A DNA stretch of 64,000 nt from Acidobacteriota bacterium (GCA_019510095.1 JAEKLB010000020.1:12499-76498), one strand, 5' to 3'. Shown: positions 1 through 9,137, numbered from the stretch's first letter. The notes: a model not told the origin generated them from the letters alone. Numbers and translations: made by a program.

Positions 1-614
1 GCCTCCGTGCACACCAGCATGCCGCCGAGATAGTCCCACGGGCCGTGCAACCCGATGGTGCAGTCGACCCAGCCGTCGAGCCGGCCGCAGGCCACGGCGC
101 AGAGGTCGAGCGCCGCCGCGCCCAGCGAGCGGAACTGGTGCCAACCAAGATCGGCAGCGGCCAGACCGGTGATGGCGATGACGGCGTCGTCGAGCCGGCG
201 GACCGTGCCGGTGGTGATCGCCGAACCGTTGCGCCGGGCGCCGCCGCCTCGCACCGCGTCGAAGCGCTCCCCCGTTGCCAGGTTCTCGACCAGCGCCACG
301 CGCGCGCCGTCCGCATCGACGGCGCACATGCTCGTCGCGTACCAGGGAATGCCGCGGCTGGCGTTGGTCGATCCGTCGACGGGGTCGACCACCACCACCA
401 GGTCACGTCCGGCCTCGTGCAGGCCCGACTCCTCGCTCAGCACGCCAACGCCGCCGTCGAGGAGGATCGGCACGACCACGTCGTCGGTCACCACGTCGAT
501 GGCGTACTGGCCGGCCCGCTCGGTCATCGGCATGCGATCCTCGACCGCGTGGAGGGCGACCCGGACCGCCGCCGCTGCCCGCTCGAGGAGGTCCAGCACG
601 GCGGCGTCATCCAC
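1..614 (-). CDS. inositol monophosphatase / FBPase-superfamily protein (C-terminus beyond window edge)
   Basis: Not in the ORF track because it runs off the window. Reverse-strand translation reads ...DLVVVVDPVDGSTNASRGIPWYATS... and ...GPWDYLGGMLVCTEA, matching the DPxDGT and WD metal-binding motifs of this superfamily. GTG at 612-614 (alternative GTG 642-644) follows an in-frame stop at 648-650. Confidence 0.75.
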   Translation of the reverse strand, partial: MDDAAVLDLLERAAAAVRVALHAVEDRMPMTERAGQYAIDVVTDDVVVPILLDGGVGVLSEESGLHEAGRDLVVVVDPVDGSTNASRGIPWYATSMCAVDADGARVALVENLATGERFDAVRGGGARRNGSAITTGTVRRLDDAVIAITGLAAADLGWHQFRSLGAAALDLCAVACGRLDGWVDCTIGLHGPWDYLGGMLVCTE

Positions 615-662
615 GCCGGGGGAAGGTATCGCCGGCCGGCCCACCCTCTAGCCTCAACGGGG

Positions 663-1232
663 ATGGCCGCCATCGACGTCGCCGGCTACGTCGCCGAGCT
701 CAAGGAGCACGCGGTCGACCACTCGTTCCACGTGCACGACGAGCGGCACTTCGTCGAGACGTACTCCCTGCGCCAGATGTGGGAGGTCGACCTCCACCCC
801 GAGGAGGGCTGCGGCGGGCCCCTCGACCTCCATCTGGCCCTCGAGGTCGACCCCCGGGTGCTGCTGGCGTTCGAGGACCAGTTCCTCGACCTCGACGAGA
901 CCGAGAACCCGCCCGACGAGTACTACTTCCCCCTCGTCTTCACCTGGCAGCTGCCGCCCCTCCCCCACCCGCCCGACCTGCTCCTGCTCGCCACCGAGCT
1001 GGCCGGCATCAGTGGGCCCGACCTCCCCCTCGAGGTCTCGGCCATCGACTCGTTCGGCGCCGTCACCGACGCCCCCGAGCGGTCGGTCACCATCGTCGCC
1101 CGCCAGAGCGTCTCCCTGGCCCGGGTCTGGCTCGGCGAGGAGCTCCTGTGCGAGACCCTCGACCGCTGCATGGCCGTCAGCCGCTTCCTCCTCGACCAGG
1201 CCCCCGCCTGGCTCGGCTCCGACCTCCTGTAG
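663..1232 (+). CDS. hypothetical acidic protein (189 aa)
   Basis: Distal part of track ORF 45..1232. ATG at 663 lies just past the divergent IMPase start. Third codon positions are G/C-rich. No motif recognised. Confidence 0.5.
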   Translation: MAAIDVAGYVAELKEHAVDHSFHVHDERHFVETYSLRQMWEVDLHPEEGCGGPLDLHLALEVDPRVLLAFEDQFLDLDETENPPDEYYFPLVFTWQLPPLPHPPDLLLLATELAGISGPDLPLEVSAIDSFGAVTDAPERSVTIVARQSVSLARVWLGEELLCETLDRCMAVSRFLLDQAPAWLGSDLL

Positions 1233-1274
1233 CTCCGGAGGTCACCGGAGCCGCTGCTACCCTCAACCTTCCTT

Positions 1275-1347
1275 TCCGGGGTGGCGCAATCGGCAGCGCA
1301 GGGCACTGTTAATGCCAAGGTTCTGGGTTCAAGTCCCAGCCCCGGAG
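1275..1347 (+). tRNA. tRNA-Asn (GTT)
   Basis: Hand-folded cloverleaf: acceptor tccgggg/ccccgga, D arm gcgc/gcgc, anticodon loop cTGTTAa, T arm ctggg-ttcaagt-cccag. Confidence 0.9.
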
Positions 1348-1403
1348 CTCTTCGACCGACCGGGTCGTAACTGATGAGACGCTCGCCCTAGCGTCTCTCG
1401 CCC

Positions 1404-1476
1404 GGGGCAGTAGCTCAATGGTTAGAGCATCGGACTCATAATCCGTCGGTCGCAGGTTCGATCCCTGCCTGCCCCA
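1404..1476 (+). tRNA. tRNA-Met (CAT), elongator-type (tRNA-Ile2 with lysidine not excluded)
   Basis: Cloverleaf: acceptor ggggcag/ctgcccc, anticodon arm tcgga-ctCATaa-tccgt, T arm gcagg-ttcgatc-cctgc. It lacks initiator features (no 1:72 mismatch, no GGG/CCC anticodon stem). Confidence 0.85.
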
Positions 1477-1486
1477 CCGCTTCCGG

Positions 1487-2305
1487 CTAGGTAGCAGCGA
1501 CCGGGTTGACCAGGGGGAGCACCCGCTCGACCTGGACCTCGACGACGTCGCCGGGGGCGAGGAAGTCGGTGGCCTGACCGCCCACCCGCCCGGGCGTCCC
1601 GGTGGTGATGACGTCGCCCGGCTCGAGCGTTGTGAAGCGCGACAGCCAGCTGACGACGTAAGGGACGCCGAAGAAGAGCTCGCTGGTGCGAGCCTCCTGG
1701 CGGAGCTCGCCATTGACCAGGGTTCGCAGGCCGATGTCGTCGGGGTCGTCGTACTCGTCGGGTGTCACCACGCTCGCCCCCAGCGGGCAGAACGTGTCGA
1801 ACGACTTGGCCAAGCCCACGTTGCCCATCCCCCGCTGGACGTCGCGTGCGCTGACGTCGTTGCAGGCGGTGACCGCCGCCACGTGGCTCCAGGCCGACAC
1901 CTCGGGGACGTTCGTCGCCCGCCGGCCGATGATCACGGCGACCTCACCCTCGTAGTCGACGAGGTCGGGGGCAGCGGGCGGGATCAATATGGAGGCGCCG
2001 GTGCCGATCACCGCCGAGGTGACCTTGATGAAGACCCGGGGCACCTCGGGCCGCTCGTTGCCGGTCTCCTCGCCGTGCTTGAGGTAGTTGATCCCGATGC
2101 CCCAGACCTTTCCCGGGCGCAGCACCGGAGCCAGGACGTCGGCACCGAGCACCGGCCGCCGGTCACGGACGCCGGCGATGGCCAGGCCCTGAAGGGTCTC
2201 CTGGTCCTCGAGCACGGCACCGACATCGGGCCACGGCACGTCGAGCACAGCCAGGCTCTCGCCCTCGACCCGGGCGATGCCGTCGCGCAGCGTCACCAGC
2301 TGCAC
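1487..2305 (-). CDS. fumarylacetoacetate hydrolase (FAH) family protein
   Basis: C-terminal 272 codons of track ORF 1487..2815. FAH-fold signatures are GIGINYLKHGEE, VDYEGEVAVIIGR and GDVITTGTPGRVG. GTG at 2303-2305 lies 11 nt after the upstream stop. Confidence 0.85.
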   Translation of the reverse strand: MQLVTLRDGIARVEGESLAVLDVPWPDVGAVLEDQETLQGLAIAGVRDRRPVLGADVLAPVLRPGKVWGIGINYLKHGEETGNERPEVPRVFIKVTSAVIGTGASILIPPAAPDLVDYEGEVAVIIGRRATNVPEVSAWSHVAAVTACNDVSARDVQRGMGNVGLAKSFDTFCPLGASVVTPDEYDDPDDIGLRTLVNGELRQEARTSELFFGVPYVVSWLSRFTTLEPGDVITTGTPGRVGGQATDFLAPGDVVEVQVERVLPLVNPVAAT

Positions 2306-2316
2306 GGCGCGTCTGC

Positions 2317-2772
2317 TCAGGCCTCGCCGGCGGCGGCAAGGGCGGCCTCGAAGCCGGCCACCGCAGCCTCGGCGATCTTCACGTCGTCCTGGTACTTGCC
2401 GCCGCTGACCCCCACACCACCGACGCAGCGCCCACCGGCCATGAGCGGGTAGCCGCCAGGCACGAGGAAGGTCGTCGGGTTCTGGGTCACGGCGCGGAAG
2501 AGTACGTCGTCGTGCTTGAGCCGGCTCTCGATGAAGTCCTCGGTGCTGCGGCCCCTCGTACCCGAGTAGGTGGCCTTTCCGGTGGCGGCGTTGACGGTGC
2601 TCGCGCCCGGGCCGTCCATCCGGGCCACGGCGACGATGCCACCCGCCACGTCGACCACCGAGATCGTTGCCTCGAGCCCGAGCTCGACGGCCCGGGCGAT
2701 GCCAGCCTCGATGGCGGCCATGGCCCCCCTGTACGTCACCCGGTCCTGTCGCATCACCAGGGCGTCGTCCAT
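2317..2772 (-). CDS. GlcG/HbpS-like (DUF336) heme/cofactor-binding protein
   Basis: Starts at ATG 2770-2772 (MDDALVMRQDR...). GGYPLMAGGRCVGGVGVSGG is typical of the GlcG/DUF336 family. The rest of track ORF 2317..2979 is over-extension. Confidence 0.8.
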   Translation of the reverse strand: MDDALVMRQDRVTYRGAMAAIEAGIARAVELGLEATISVVDVAGGIVAVARMDGPGASTVNAATGKATYSGTRGRSTEDFIESRLKHDDVLFRAVTQNPTTFLVPGGYPLMAGGRCVGGVGVSGGKYQDDVKIAEAAVAGFEAALAAAGEA

Positions 2773-2843
2773 CTGCGCTCCTCGATCTCGTGGGACGGCA
2801 GGGATTGTTGGACACGGGCCAGCCCGCCGCCTACCGTCGCGGA

Positions 2844-2853
2844 TTGTATACGG
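2844..2853. promoter_or_regulatory. candidate GntR-type operator half-palindrome (tTGTATACgg) in divergent promoter
   Basis: Shares the TGTATAC core with the perfect palindrome CTGTATACAG at 4696-4705, upstream of the GntR gene. It sits between the glcG-like gene (-) and the amidohydrolase gene (+). Confidence 0.3.
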
Positions 2854-2881
2854 TTTCTCCTGAGGGGAAAGAGGGCCTGCC

Positions 2882-4033
2882 ATGCGAGTGATTGACATCG
2901 ACACCCACGTCGACCCGTCGATGGAGGTGCTCCACGAGCACGCCGACGCCGCGCTGCGAGCCCGCTGGGACGAGTTCACGCCCTACATGAACCTGACCAA
3001 GCAACAGGGCAGGAGCAACCTTTCCGTCTATCCGTTCGCCTACGGCCGCCAGTTCCGGACGTCGGGCCAGGAGATGGACCCGACCGGCGCGGGCGGCAAG
3101 GGCGCCCTCGAGGGCAAGACCCGCCAGGTCGGCCGCAAGAGCCCGGCCGCCGACGTCCGCCACGGCAACGTCGAGGGACGCCTCGCCGACATGGACGAGG
3201 AGGGCGTCGACCTCCAGGTGATCATCCCCGGGACCTGGGCGCTGGGCGCCAGCGCCCTCGACGCCGAGCTGGCGAAGGGCTTGTACGAGGCATACCACCG
3301 CTTCCAGAACGCCTACTGCGGCGCCAACCTCAACCGGCTCAAGGGCCTGGTCGTGGCCCATGCCGGCGATCCGGCGTGGTCGGCGCTGCAGATCAAGTCA
3401 CTGCAGGACGAGCGCTGGGTCAGCGGGGTGATGCTCGTGTTGCCCGAGGGCATCCCGGTCGACGACCCCGAGCTCGATCCCATCTGGGACGCCATGGCCG
3501 ATGCCGACCTCCCGCTCGTGTACCACTCGTTCTTCTACGAGCCGCCCTACTTCCCCGGCTACCGCGACGTGTGGGGCAACCTGGCCGTCGCCCGCACCGC
3601 CGCCCACCCATGGGGCGCCCAGCGAATCCTCGCCTACCTCTTGCTGAGCGGCATGCTCGACCGCTGGCCCACGCTCCGTGTCGGCTTCGCCGAGACGGGA
3701 GCCGGCTGGCTCCCCAACTGGCTGCTGCGCCTCAACTTCATGGCCGACTACCTCTCGTCGTCGGTGCCGGAGACCAAGTACACCCCGCTCGAGTACGCGG
3801 CCCGGGGCAACGTGTTCTGCGGGATCCAGCTCTACGAGGGCGCGCTCATGGCCAAGGCGATCAACGACATCTGCGGTGACGGCGTGCTCATGTACCAGTC
3901 GGACTACCCGCACGGCGAGTGCCAGTTCCCTGAGTCGGTGAACGTGGTCCTCGACTGGGCACCAACCCTCGGCGAGACGGCCATGGAGAAGCTGATGGCC
4001 GGCAATGCCGAGCGGTTCCTCCGCCTGATCTGA
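2882..4033 (+). CDS. amidohydrolase-2 family metal-dependent hydrolase/decarboxylase
   Basis: N-terminal MRVIDIDTHV (metal-ligand HxH-type start) and C-terminal YQSDYPHGE are typical of the amidohydrolase_2/ACMSD-like family. Confidence 0.85.
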   Translation: MRVIDIDTHVDPSMEVLHEHADAALRARWDEFTPYMNLTKQQGRSNLSVYPFAYGRQFRTSGQEMDPTGAGGKGALEGKTRQVGRKSPAADVRHGNVEGRLADMDEEGVDLQVIIPGTWALGASALDAELAKGLYEAYHRFQNAYCGANLNRLKGLVVAHAGDPAWSALQIKSLQDERWVSGVMLVLPEGIPVDDPELDPIWDAMADADLPLVYHSFFYEPPYFPGYRDVWGNLAVARTAAHPWGAQRILAYLLLSGMLDRWPTLRVGFAETGAGWLPNWLLRLNFMADYLSSSVPETKYTPLEYAARGNVFCGIQLYEGALMAKAINDICGDGVLMYQSDYPHGECQFPESVNVVLDWAPTLGETAMEKLMAGNAERFLRLI

Positions 4034-4039
4034 CTCAGG

Positions 4040-4687
4040 TCAACGCGCCGGGCCGCCCGACAGCGAGGTCCGCACGGCCTCGACGTGAGCGACCGCCAAG
4101 GCGCCCGCGGCCTTCTCGTCGTGGGCGGCGACCGCGACCAGCAGTCGGCGGTGTTCCTCCAACGACTCCGCGGCTCGTGCGGACGCGGTCTCCTGGAAGA
4201 GCTTCTGCATCCGGCCCCGGAGCGGCAACAGCACGTCGCGCAGGTAGACGTTGTCGGCCAGGTCGAGCATCGCCTCGTGGAACCGGCGGTTGAGCACGGC
4301 CACCCGGCGAAGGTCGGCACGGGCCACCGCCCGGTTGGCTGACTCGAGCAGCTGCTCGATCTTGGCGATCTCGCGCTCAGTGGCGTTGCGCGCTGCGGTG
4401 CGAGCCACAACCGCCTCGAGCGCGGCCCGCACGTCGAAGATGTCGGACACGTCCTTCTCCGACAGCCGGGCGACGAAGGCCCCCCGGCGGGGCTTCATCT
4501 CGACGAAACCCTCGGCCTCCAGCACCCGCAGCGCCTCGCGCACCGGGTTGCGCGACACGCCGAGCTCGTCGGCGAGCCGGTCCTCGACGAGGCGGCCCCC
4601 GGCGGGATGGGTGCCCTCGATGATCTGCTGGCGGATCTTGTCGCAGACGGTGTCCCGCAGCAGGGGCCGGTCCGTCGCCGCCGTCAC
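4040..4687 (-). CDS. GntR family (FadR/FCD subfamily) transcriptional regulator
   Basis: Winged-HTH segment RLVEDRLADELGVSRNPVREALRVLEAEGFV followed by an all-helical FCD-like C-terminus. GTG at 4685-4687. The upstream part of the track ORF is over-extension. Confidence 0.85.
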   Translation of the reverse strand: MTAATDRPLLRDTVCDKIRQQIIEGTHPAGGRLVEDRLADELGVSRNPVREALRVLEAEGFVEMKPRRGAFVARLSEKDVSDIFDVRAALEAVVARTAARNATEREIAKIEQLLESANRAVARADLRRVAVLNRRFHEAMLDLADNVYLRDVLLPLRGRMQKLFQETASARAAESLEEHRRLLVAVAAHDEKAAGALAVAHVEAVRTSLSGGPAR

Positions 4688-4695
4688 GCCGCCAA

Positions 4696-4705
4696 CTGTA
4701 TACAG
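4696..4705. promoter_or_regulatory. perfect 10-bp palindrome CTGTATACAG, candidate GntR autoregulatory operator
   Basis: Located 9 nt upstream of the GntR GTG start. FadR-subfamily operators are commonly of the T.GT...AC.A type. Confidence 0.35.
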
Positions 4706-4727
4706 CCGTAGCCCAGAGAACGGATCG

Positions 4728-6140
4728 TCAGCTGCCGCTGCGCACGTGTACGACGGCACCACCGCGTCGTGGATCGCTCCCCCCGCTGAGCGACCCGCCC
4801 ACAGTGCGAACGACCTGGCACCCGCCGAACCCACCGTTGCCGGGGTCGCGCCCGACGACCTCGGGCATGCGCGCCGCCAGCTCGTGGCCGGGCTCGGCGG
4901 TCAGCTGACCCCCGGGCAACACGCGGAACCGAGGGGCGTCCACCGCGTCCTGCGGCGCCATGCCGTGGGCGAGCAGGTTCACGAGCACCTGAATCTGACC
5001 CTGGGCCTGCATGTAGCCGCCCACCACCCCGATCACGTGCGAGAGAGCACCGTCGCGGGTCACGAGCGCGGGGATCGTCGTGTGAGGTGGCTTGCCCGGT
5101 CGCGGCCGCTCCCCGATCACCGACGTGCCGGTCGCCCGGTTCTGCAAGGGGCCCCCGATGGCGTCGACACCCACCGTCGAGCCGAACTCGGAGAACACGC
5201 TCGTGATGAGCGACACCCCAAGGCCGTCGGCGTCGATCGCCGCGATGTAGGTGGTGTCGCCCCGGCCGGCGCCGGCGCGGCCACCTGGCCGGAAGTCGAC
5301 GCCGGTGACCAACATCCCGGCGGTGATCGCGTCGATCAGGGAATCGGTGTCGAACCGACCGCCCTCCTCGAGCATCGCCAACGCGGTGAGCACGGCCCGG
5401 CCCTGGGTCGGCGGGGGGAGCTCCCAGACGTCGGTGCCCTGGAACGAGGTGGAGATCGGCGTCATCGGGCTGGTGGCATGGGCCCGCAGGTCGGCGATGT
5501 CGAGGTAGCCGCCCACCTCCTGTGACCGCTCGGCGATGGCGTCGGCAAGGTGGCCCTCGTAGAGCGGGCGGGCCCCTTCCTTGGCGACGACGTCGAGGGC
5601 CTCGGCCAGCCGCTCGTTCCTCACCACCTCGCCGATCTCGACCGGCCGGCCGCCCGGCAGGTAGAGCGGCGCCAGCACCCGGTCCTCGGCGAGGAGCGCC
5701 GCCATCTTGGCCGCCGACGCGGCCAGCGAGGCGCGCACGCCGAAGCCCTCACGGGCTGCCTGCCTGGCCGGCGCGCTGGCCCGATCGAGGCCGATGGTGC
5801 CGTACTGGGCCAGCGCCGTCTCGAACAGATCCATGGCGCCGGGGACGGTGAAGGTGCGCGCTCCAGTGCGGGGAACCGGTTCGAACTCGTCGCCGGCTCC
5901 CGCGGCGGCGAGCGCCGCCGGTATCGCGCCACAGCCATCGAGCGCCACCGGCGACCCCGACGGTCCTTGGAGCAGGACAAAGGCATCGCCTCCCATCCCG
6001 CAGGCGTGCGGTTCGACCACGAGGAGCAGCAGCGCGGCCGTGACCGCCGCGTCGAGGGCGTTGCCCCCCTCCCGGAGGACCTCGGCGCCGGCCTCCGACG
6101 CACGCGGATCGCTGGTCGCGATCATCCCGTCGCTGGTCAC
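4728..6140 (-). CDS. ggt: gamma-glutamyltransferase family protein, no signal peptide
   Basis: Contains EPHACGMGGDAFVLL, GDTTYIAAIDADG (autoprocessing Thr region) and GGYMQAQGQ. GTG 6138-6140 overlaps the ridA-like stop (GTGA). The product begins directly with mature-type sequence (V)TSDGMIATSDPRAS. Confidence 0.85.
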   Translation of the reverse strand: MTSDGMIATSDPRASEAGAEVLREGGNALDAAVTAALLLLVVEPHACGMGGDAFVLLQGPSGSPVALDGCGAIPAALAAAGAGDEFEPVPRTGARTFTVPGAMDLFETALAQYGTIGLDRASAPARQAAREGFGVRASLAASAAKMAALLAEDRVLAPLYLPGGRPVEIGEVVRNERLAEALDVVAKEGARPLYEGHLADAIAERSQEVGGYLDIADLRAHATSPMTPISTSFQGTDVWELPPPTQGRAVLTALAMLEEGGRFDTDSLIDAITAGMLVTGVDFRPGGRAGAGRGDTTYIAAIDADGLGVSLITSVFSEFGSTVGVDAIGGPLQNRATGTSVIGERPRPGKPPHTTIPALVTRDGALSHVIGVVGGYMQAQGQIQVLVNLLAHGMAPQDAVDAPRFRVLPGGQLTAEPGHELAARMPEVVGRDPGNGGFGGCQVVRTVGGSLSGGSDPRRGGAVVHVRSGS

Positions 6141-6604
6141 GAGCCGCGCAGGCGGACGACCATGTCGAGCTCGACACTCGCGCCGCGCGGCAGGGCAGCC
6201 ACGCCCACGGTGGTCCGGGCGCTGCGGCCGGCCTCGCCGAAGACCTGGATGAGCAGCTCTGACGCACCATCGAGCACCGGCGGCAGATCGGTGAACTCGG
6301 GCACCGCGCGCACGTAGCCGGTGACCTTCAGCACCCGCTCGACGCGGTCGAGCCCGCCGATCGCGACGGCCAGCGTGCCGAGGCTGCGGAGGCACGCGCC
6401 GCGAGCCGACTGCTTCCCGTCCTCAACGGTGAGCTCCGCGCCGAGGCGGCCGACCGACGCCGGCTCGTTGTTCTCGATGGCGACCGTTCCCGACGTGTAG
6501 GCGATGTTGCCGTCGATCACCACTGGTGTGTAGGCGCCGGCCGGCGGGCGCGGCGCGGGCAGCTCGAGGCCCAACGCCTTCAGGCGATCGTCGATCTCGC
6601 TCAC
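6137..6604 (-). CDS. RidA/YjgF/L-PSP family protein
   Basis: 155-aa product starting at GTG 6602-6604. Shows the typical YjgF-fold pattern AYTSGTVA...GKQSARGACLRSL...VKVTGYV...ARTTVGVAALPRGASVEL. Confidence 0.85.
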   Translation of the reverse strand: MSEIDDRLKALGLELPAPRPPAGAYTPVVIDGNIAYTSGTVAIENNEPASVGRLGAELTVEDGKQSARGACLRSLGTLAVAIGGLDRVERVLKVTGYVRAVPEFTDLPPVLDGASELLIQVFGEAGRSARTTVGVAALPRGASVELDMVVRLRGS

Positions 6605-6740
6605 CGCGCACCCCCCACGGAACCGCACCACGAGCGATTCGCGGCTGTCACGGTACGCGACCTCGCCACCGGGCCGCTCAGAGTCGCGACGCCAACACCC
6701 TGGCACCTCCGTTCGACGACAACGCCACCTAACGTGCGGC

Positions 6741-6986
6741 GTGGTGCGCGCACTGCGATTCCTGCTCATCGCGGTGTTGGCGCCGGTTGGTGCCCTCCTG
6801 GGCGTCGACGCGGCGGCCGACGTCATCCGCGGCCTTCTCGGCGAGCAGCCCGGGCCGCTCGGGCTGATCCTGGTGATCACCATCGGGACCGCGGCCTTCC
6901 TGGCCTTCCGGCACCTCGCCGACGCCGCCGCTGCCGCGCTGACCGACCGGCTGGCCCGGACGGGCACGCCCGACCAGCACGACTGA
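6741..6986 (+). CDS. small hydrophobic protein (81 aa, two predicted TM segments)
   Basis: Track ORF with G/C-rich third positions and two hydrophobic stretches. No homology recognised. Confidence 0.4.
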   Translation: MVRALRFLLIAVLAPVGALLGVDAAADVIRGLLGEQPGPLGLILVITIGTAAFLAFRHLADAAAAALTDRLARTGTPDQHD

Positions 6987-7011
6987 GAAGGCTCGCGGGT
7001 CCGGCGGGGCG

Positions 7012-7170
7012 CTACTCCTCACCCTGCAGGCCATCGGGCTGCTGTAGCCGCGCGTCCAACTCGTCGATCAGCGCCCGGGACTGCCGGAGCAGCTCCTCAC
7101 CCTGCTCGTAGACGCGCTCGTACGGCGGCTCCGGCACGTCATCGGGTTGCGGATCGAGGGGGTCCGCCAT
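7012..7170 (-). CDS. small acidic protein (52 aa) with LLRQSRALIDELD motif
   Basis: Below the track size cutoff. ATG 7168-7170 to TAG 7012-7014, with strongly G/C-biased third positions. Shares a motif with the 51-aa ORF at 15883..16038. Confidence 0.35.
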   Translation of the reverse strand: MADPLDPQPDDVPEPPYERVYEQGEELLRQSRALIDELDARLQQPDGLQGEE

Positions 7171-7290
7171 GGCGCCCCGCAGCTACCCAAAGTCCACCCG
7201 CCGTACACATCGGTCGAATCGACGGCGGGCGCCGGAGCCCGGCCGTCGGCCCCGGCGCCGTGGCCGACCTCATGAGTACCGTTTGCCGCA

Positions 7291-8868
7291 GTGTGGCAGC
7301 CCGAGCTCGACTACCCGGCCACGATCCCGGGCCTGCTCCGCCACATGACCGAGCGATTCGCCGATCGCGACTGCGTGGTCACCGACGTCGATCGGCTCAC
7401 CTACCGAGAGGTCGACGAGCGGTCCCGTGCGCTCGCCAAGCGCCTCCTTGCCCATGGTGTCGGCAAGGGCGCCCGCATCGGCGGCCACTTCCCCTACGGC
7501 ACCGACTGGATCGTGTCGTGGCTCGCGGTCACCCGGATCGGGGCTGTGTACATGCCGTTCAGCACCGCCTTCAAGCCGGGTGAGCTCCGAAAGGCGCTTC
7601 GCCACGGTGACGTAGCGCTGCTGCTCGCACCTCGCTCCCTCTTCGGCAGCGATCACCGGGGGTTCGTGACCGACGCGGTGCCCGGCCTGGCCGACCGAGC
7701 GCCCGGTCCGCTACACCTGGCCGAGCTGCCCTACCTGCGCGACGTCTGGTTCGACCTCGACGACAGCGCGGGTGCCGACATCTCCGACGAGCTGCTCGAC
7801 GCCGTCGAGTCCGAGGTCTCCCCCGCCGACGTTGCCATCACGATCTACACCTCCGGCACGACGAGTGAGCCCAAGGGAGTGCTGCACACCCATGGCGCCC
7901 TCGTCCGCAAGGGCGCGCAGCTCGCCGCGCTCCAGGCATGGACCGCCGACGATCGCATCTTCTGCGGCATGCCCTTCTTCTGGGTCGGCGGTGTGGGCAT
8001 GACCGTCGTTCCATCGCTCCACGTCGGTGCCGCCCTCCTCTGCATCGACAGGACCGAGCCGATCCGCTCGCTCGACCTCATGCAGCGCGAGGCGGCCACC
8101 AAGCTCACCGGCTGGCCCGGCGTGATCGGCCCCATCACCACCGATCCCACCGCTGCCGATCGAGGGATCCCAGCCCTCCACCGCCCGCTGTCGCTGGTCG
8201 GCGCCAGGCACAGCTCGCTGGGCATGACCGAGACGATCGCGTCGTACACCTATGCCACCCCCGAGCAGCAGGCCGTGCCGCTGCCCGAGGGGCACACCGG
8301 ATCGATGGGCTGGATCATCGACGGCGCCGAGGTCCGCATCGCCGACCCCGACACGCTCGAGCCGCTCGCCGACGGCGAGGAGGGCGCCATCCTCGTGCGC
8401 GGCTACTTCGTCATGCAGGGCATGGTGAAGCGAGAGCGGGAGGACGTGTTCACGCCCGACGGCTTCTACAACACCGGCGACAAGGGCTACTTGCTGGGCG
8501 ACAACCTGTACCTCAAGGGTCGGCTCACCGAGATGATCAAGACCTCGGGCAACAACGTGGCCCCGCCCGAGGTCGAGGCCGTGCTGCGGTCGTTCCCCGA
8601 GGTCAAGGACGCCCATGTCCTGGGCGTGCCCGACGCCGAGCGGGGCGAGCTCGTGGCCGCCCTGGTGATCCCGGCCGACGGCGCCGACCCCGATCCCGAC
8701 GACCTGCGGGAGCGGGCCCGGGCCGAGCTCTCCAACTTCAAGGTCCCCCGCGTCGTGGTGCTGGCGAGGGAGGACGAGCTGCCGTGGCTGGCCACCGGCA
8801 AGCCCGACCGGCTGGCGATCAGAGCCATGCTCGCCGACGCTGTGGCCCGGCGACCAGCCTCGGGTTGA
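7291..8868 (+). CDS. AMP-dependent synthetase/ligase (acyl-CoA synthetase family)
   Basis: Adenylate-forming core motifs TIYTSGTTSEPKGVLHTHG, YNTGDKGY and GKPDR near the C-terminus. Confidence 0.9.
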   Translation: MWQPELDYPATIPGLLRHMTERFADRDCVVTDVDRLTYREVDERSRALAKRLLAHGVGKGARIGGHFPYGTDWIVSWLAVTRIGAVYMPFSTAFKPGELRKALRHGDVALLLAPRSLFGSDHRGFVTDAVPGLADRAPGPLHLAELPYLRDVWFDLDDSAGADISDELLDAVESEVSPADVAITIYTSGTTSEPKGVLHTHGALVRKGAQLAALQAWTADDRIFCGMPFFWVGGVGMTVVPSLHVGAALLCIDRTEPIRSLDLMQREAATKLTGWPGVIGPITTDPTAADRGIPALHRPLSLVGARHSSLGMTETIASYTYATPEQQAVPLPEGHTGSMGWIIDGAEVRIADPDTLEPLADGEEGAILVRGYFVMQGMVKREREDVFTPDGFYNTGDKGYLLGDNLYLKGRLTEMIKTSGNNVAPPEVEAVLRSFPEVKDAHVLGVPDAERGELVAALVIPADGADPDPDDLRERARAELSNFKVPRVVVLAREDELPWLATGKPDRLAIRAMLADAVARRPASG

Positions 8869-8927
8869 CCCCGACTTTCGGGGTGACTGGTGACTTGGCG
8901 TTCCCATCACGCCTACCGTTCGTCGGA

Positions 8928-9137
8928 ATGAAGTACCTGATCGGAGCCGTCGCCGGATGGTGGTTGTTCTTCATCCCGTGGGCGATCTACGACGCGGTCG
9001 CGGATACCAGTGGAGCGAACGTCTACGCGGGTGCGCTCTGGGGCTGTCTCGCGACAGCGGTCGTGTTCTTCCTTGCTGATCGGGCGGACGCCGGCAATCC
9101 GGTCAGACCCCCGAACTGGGTCCGTCGCTGGTGGTAG
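8928..9137 (+). CDS. small membrane protein (69 aa)
   Basis: ATG-initiated tail of track ORF 7938..9137, with two hydrophobic helices (GAVAGWWLFFIPWAIY, ALWGCLATAVVFFLA). First gene of the accessory region. Confidence 0.4.
   Translation: MKYLIGAVAGWWLFFIPWAIYDAVADTSGANVYAGALWGCLATAVVFFLADRADAGNPVRPPNWVRRWW

Noticed and set aside
1404-1476. Initiator tRNA-fMet.
   Set aside because: It has a normal G1-C72 pair and lacks the three consecutive G-C pairs in the anticodon stem, so I call it elongator-type Met. Ile2 with lysidine is not excluded.
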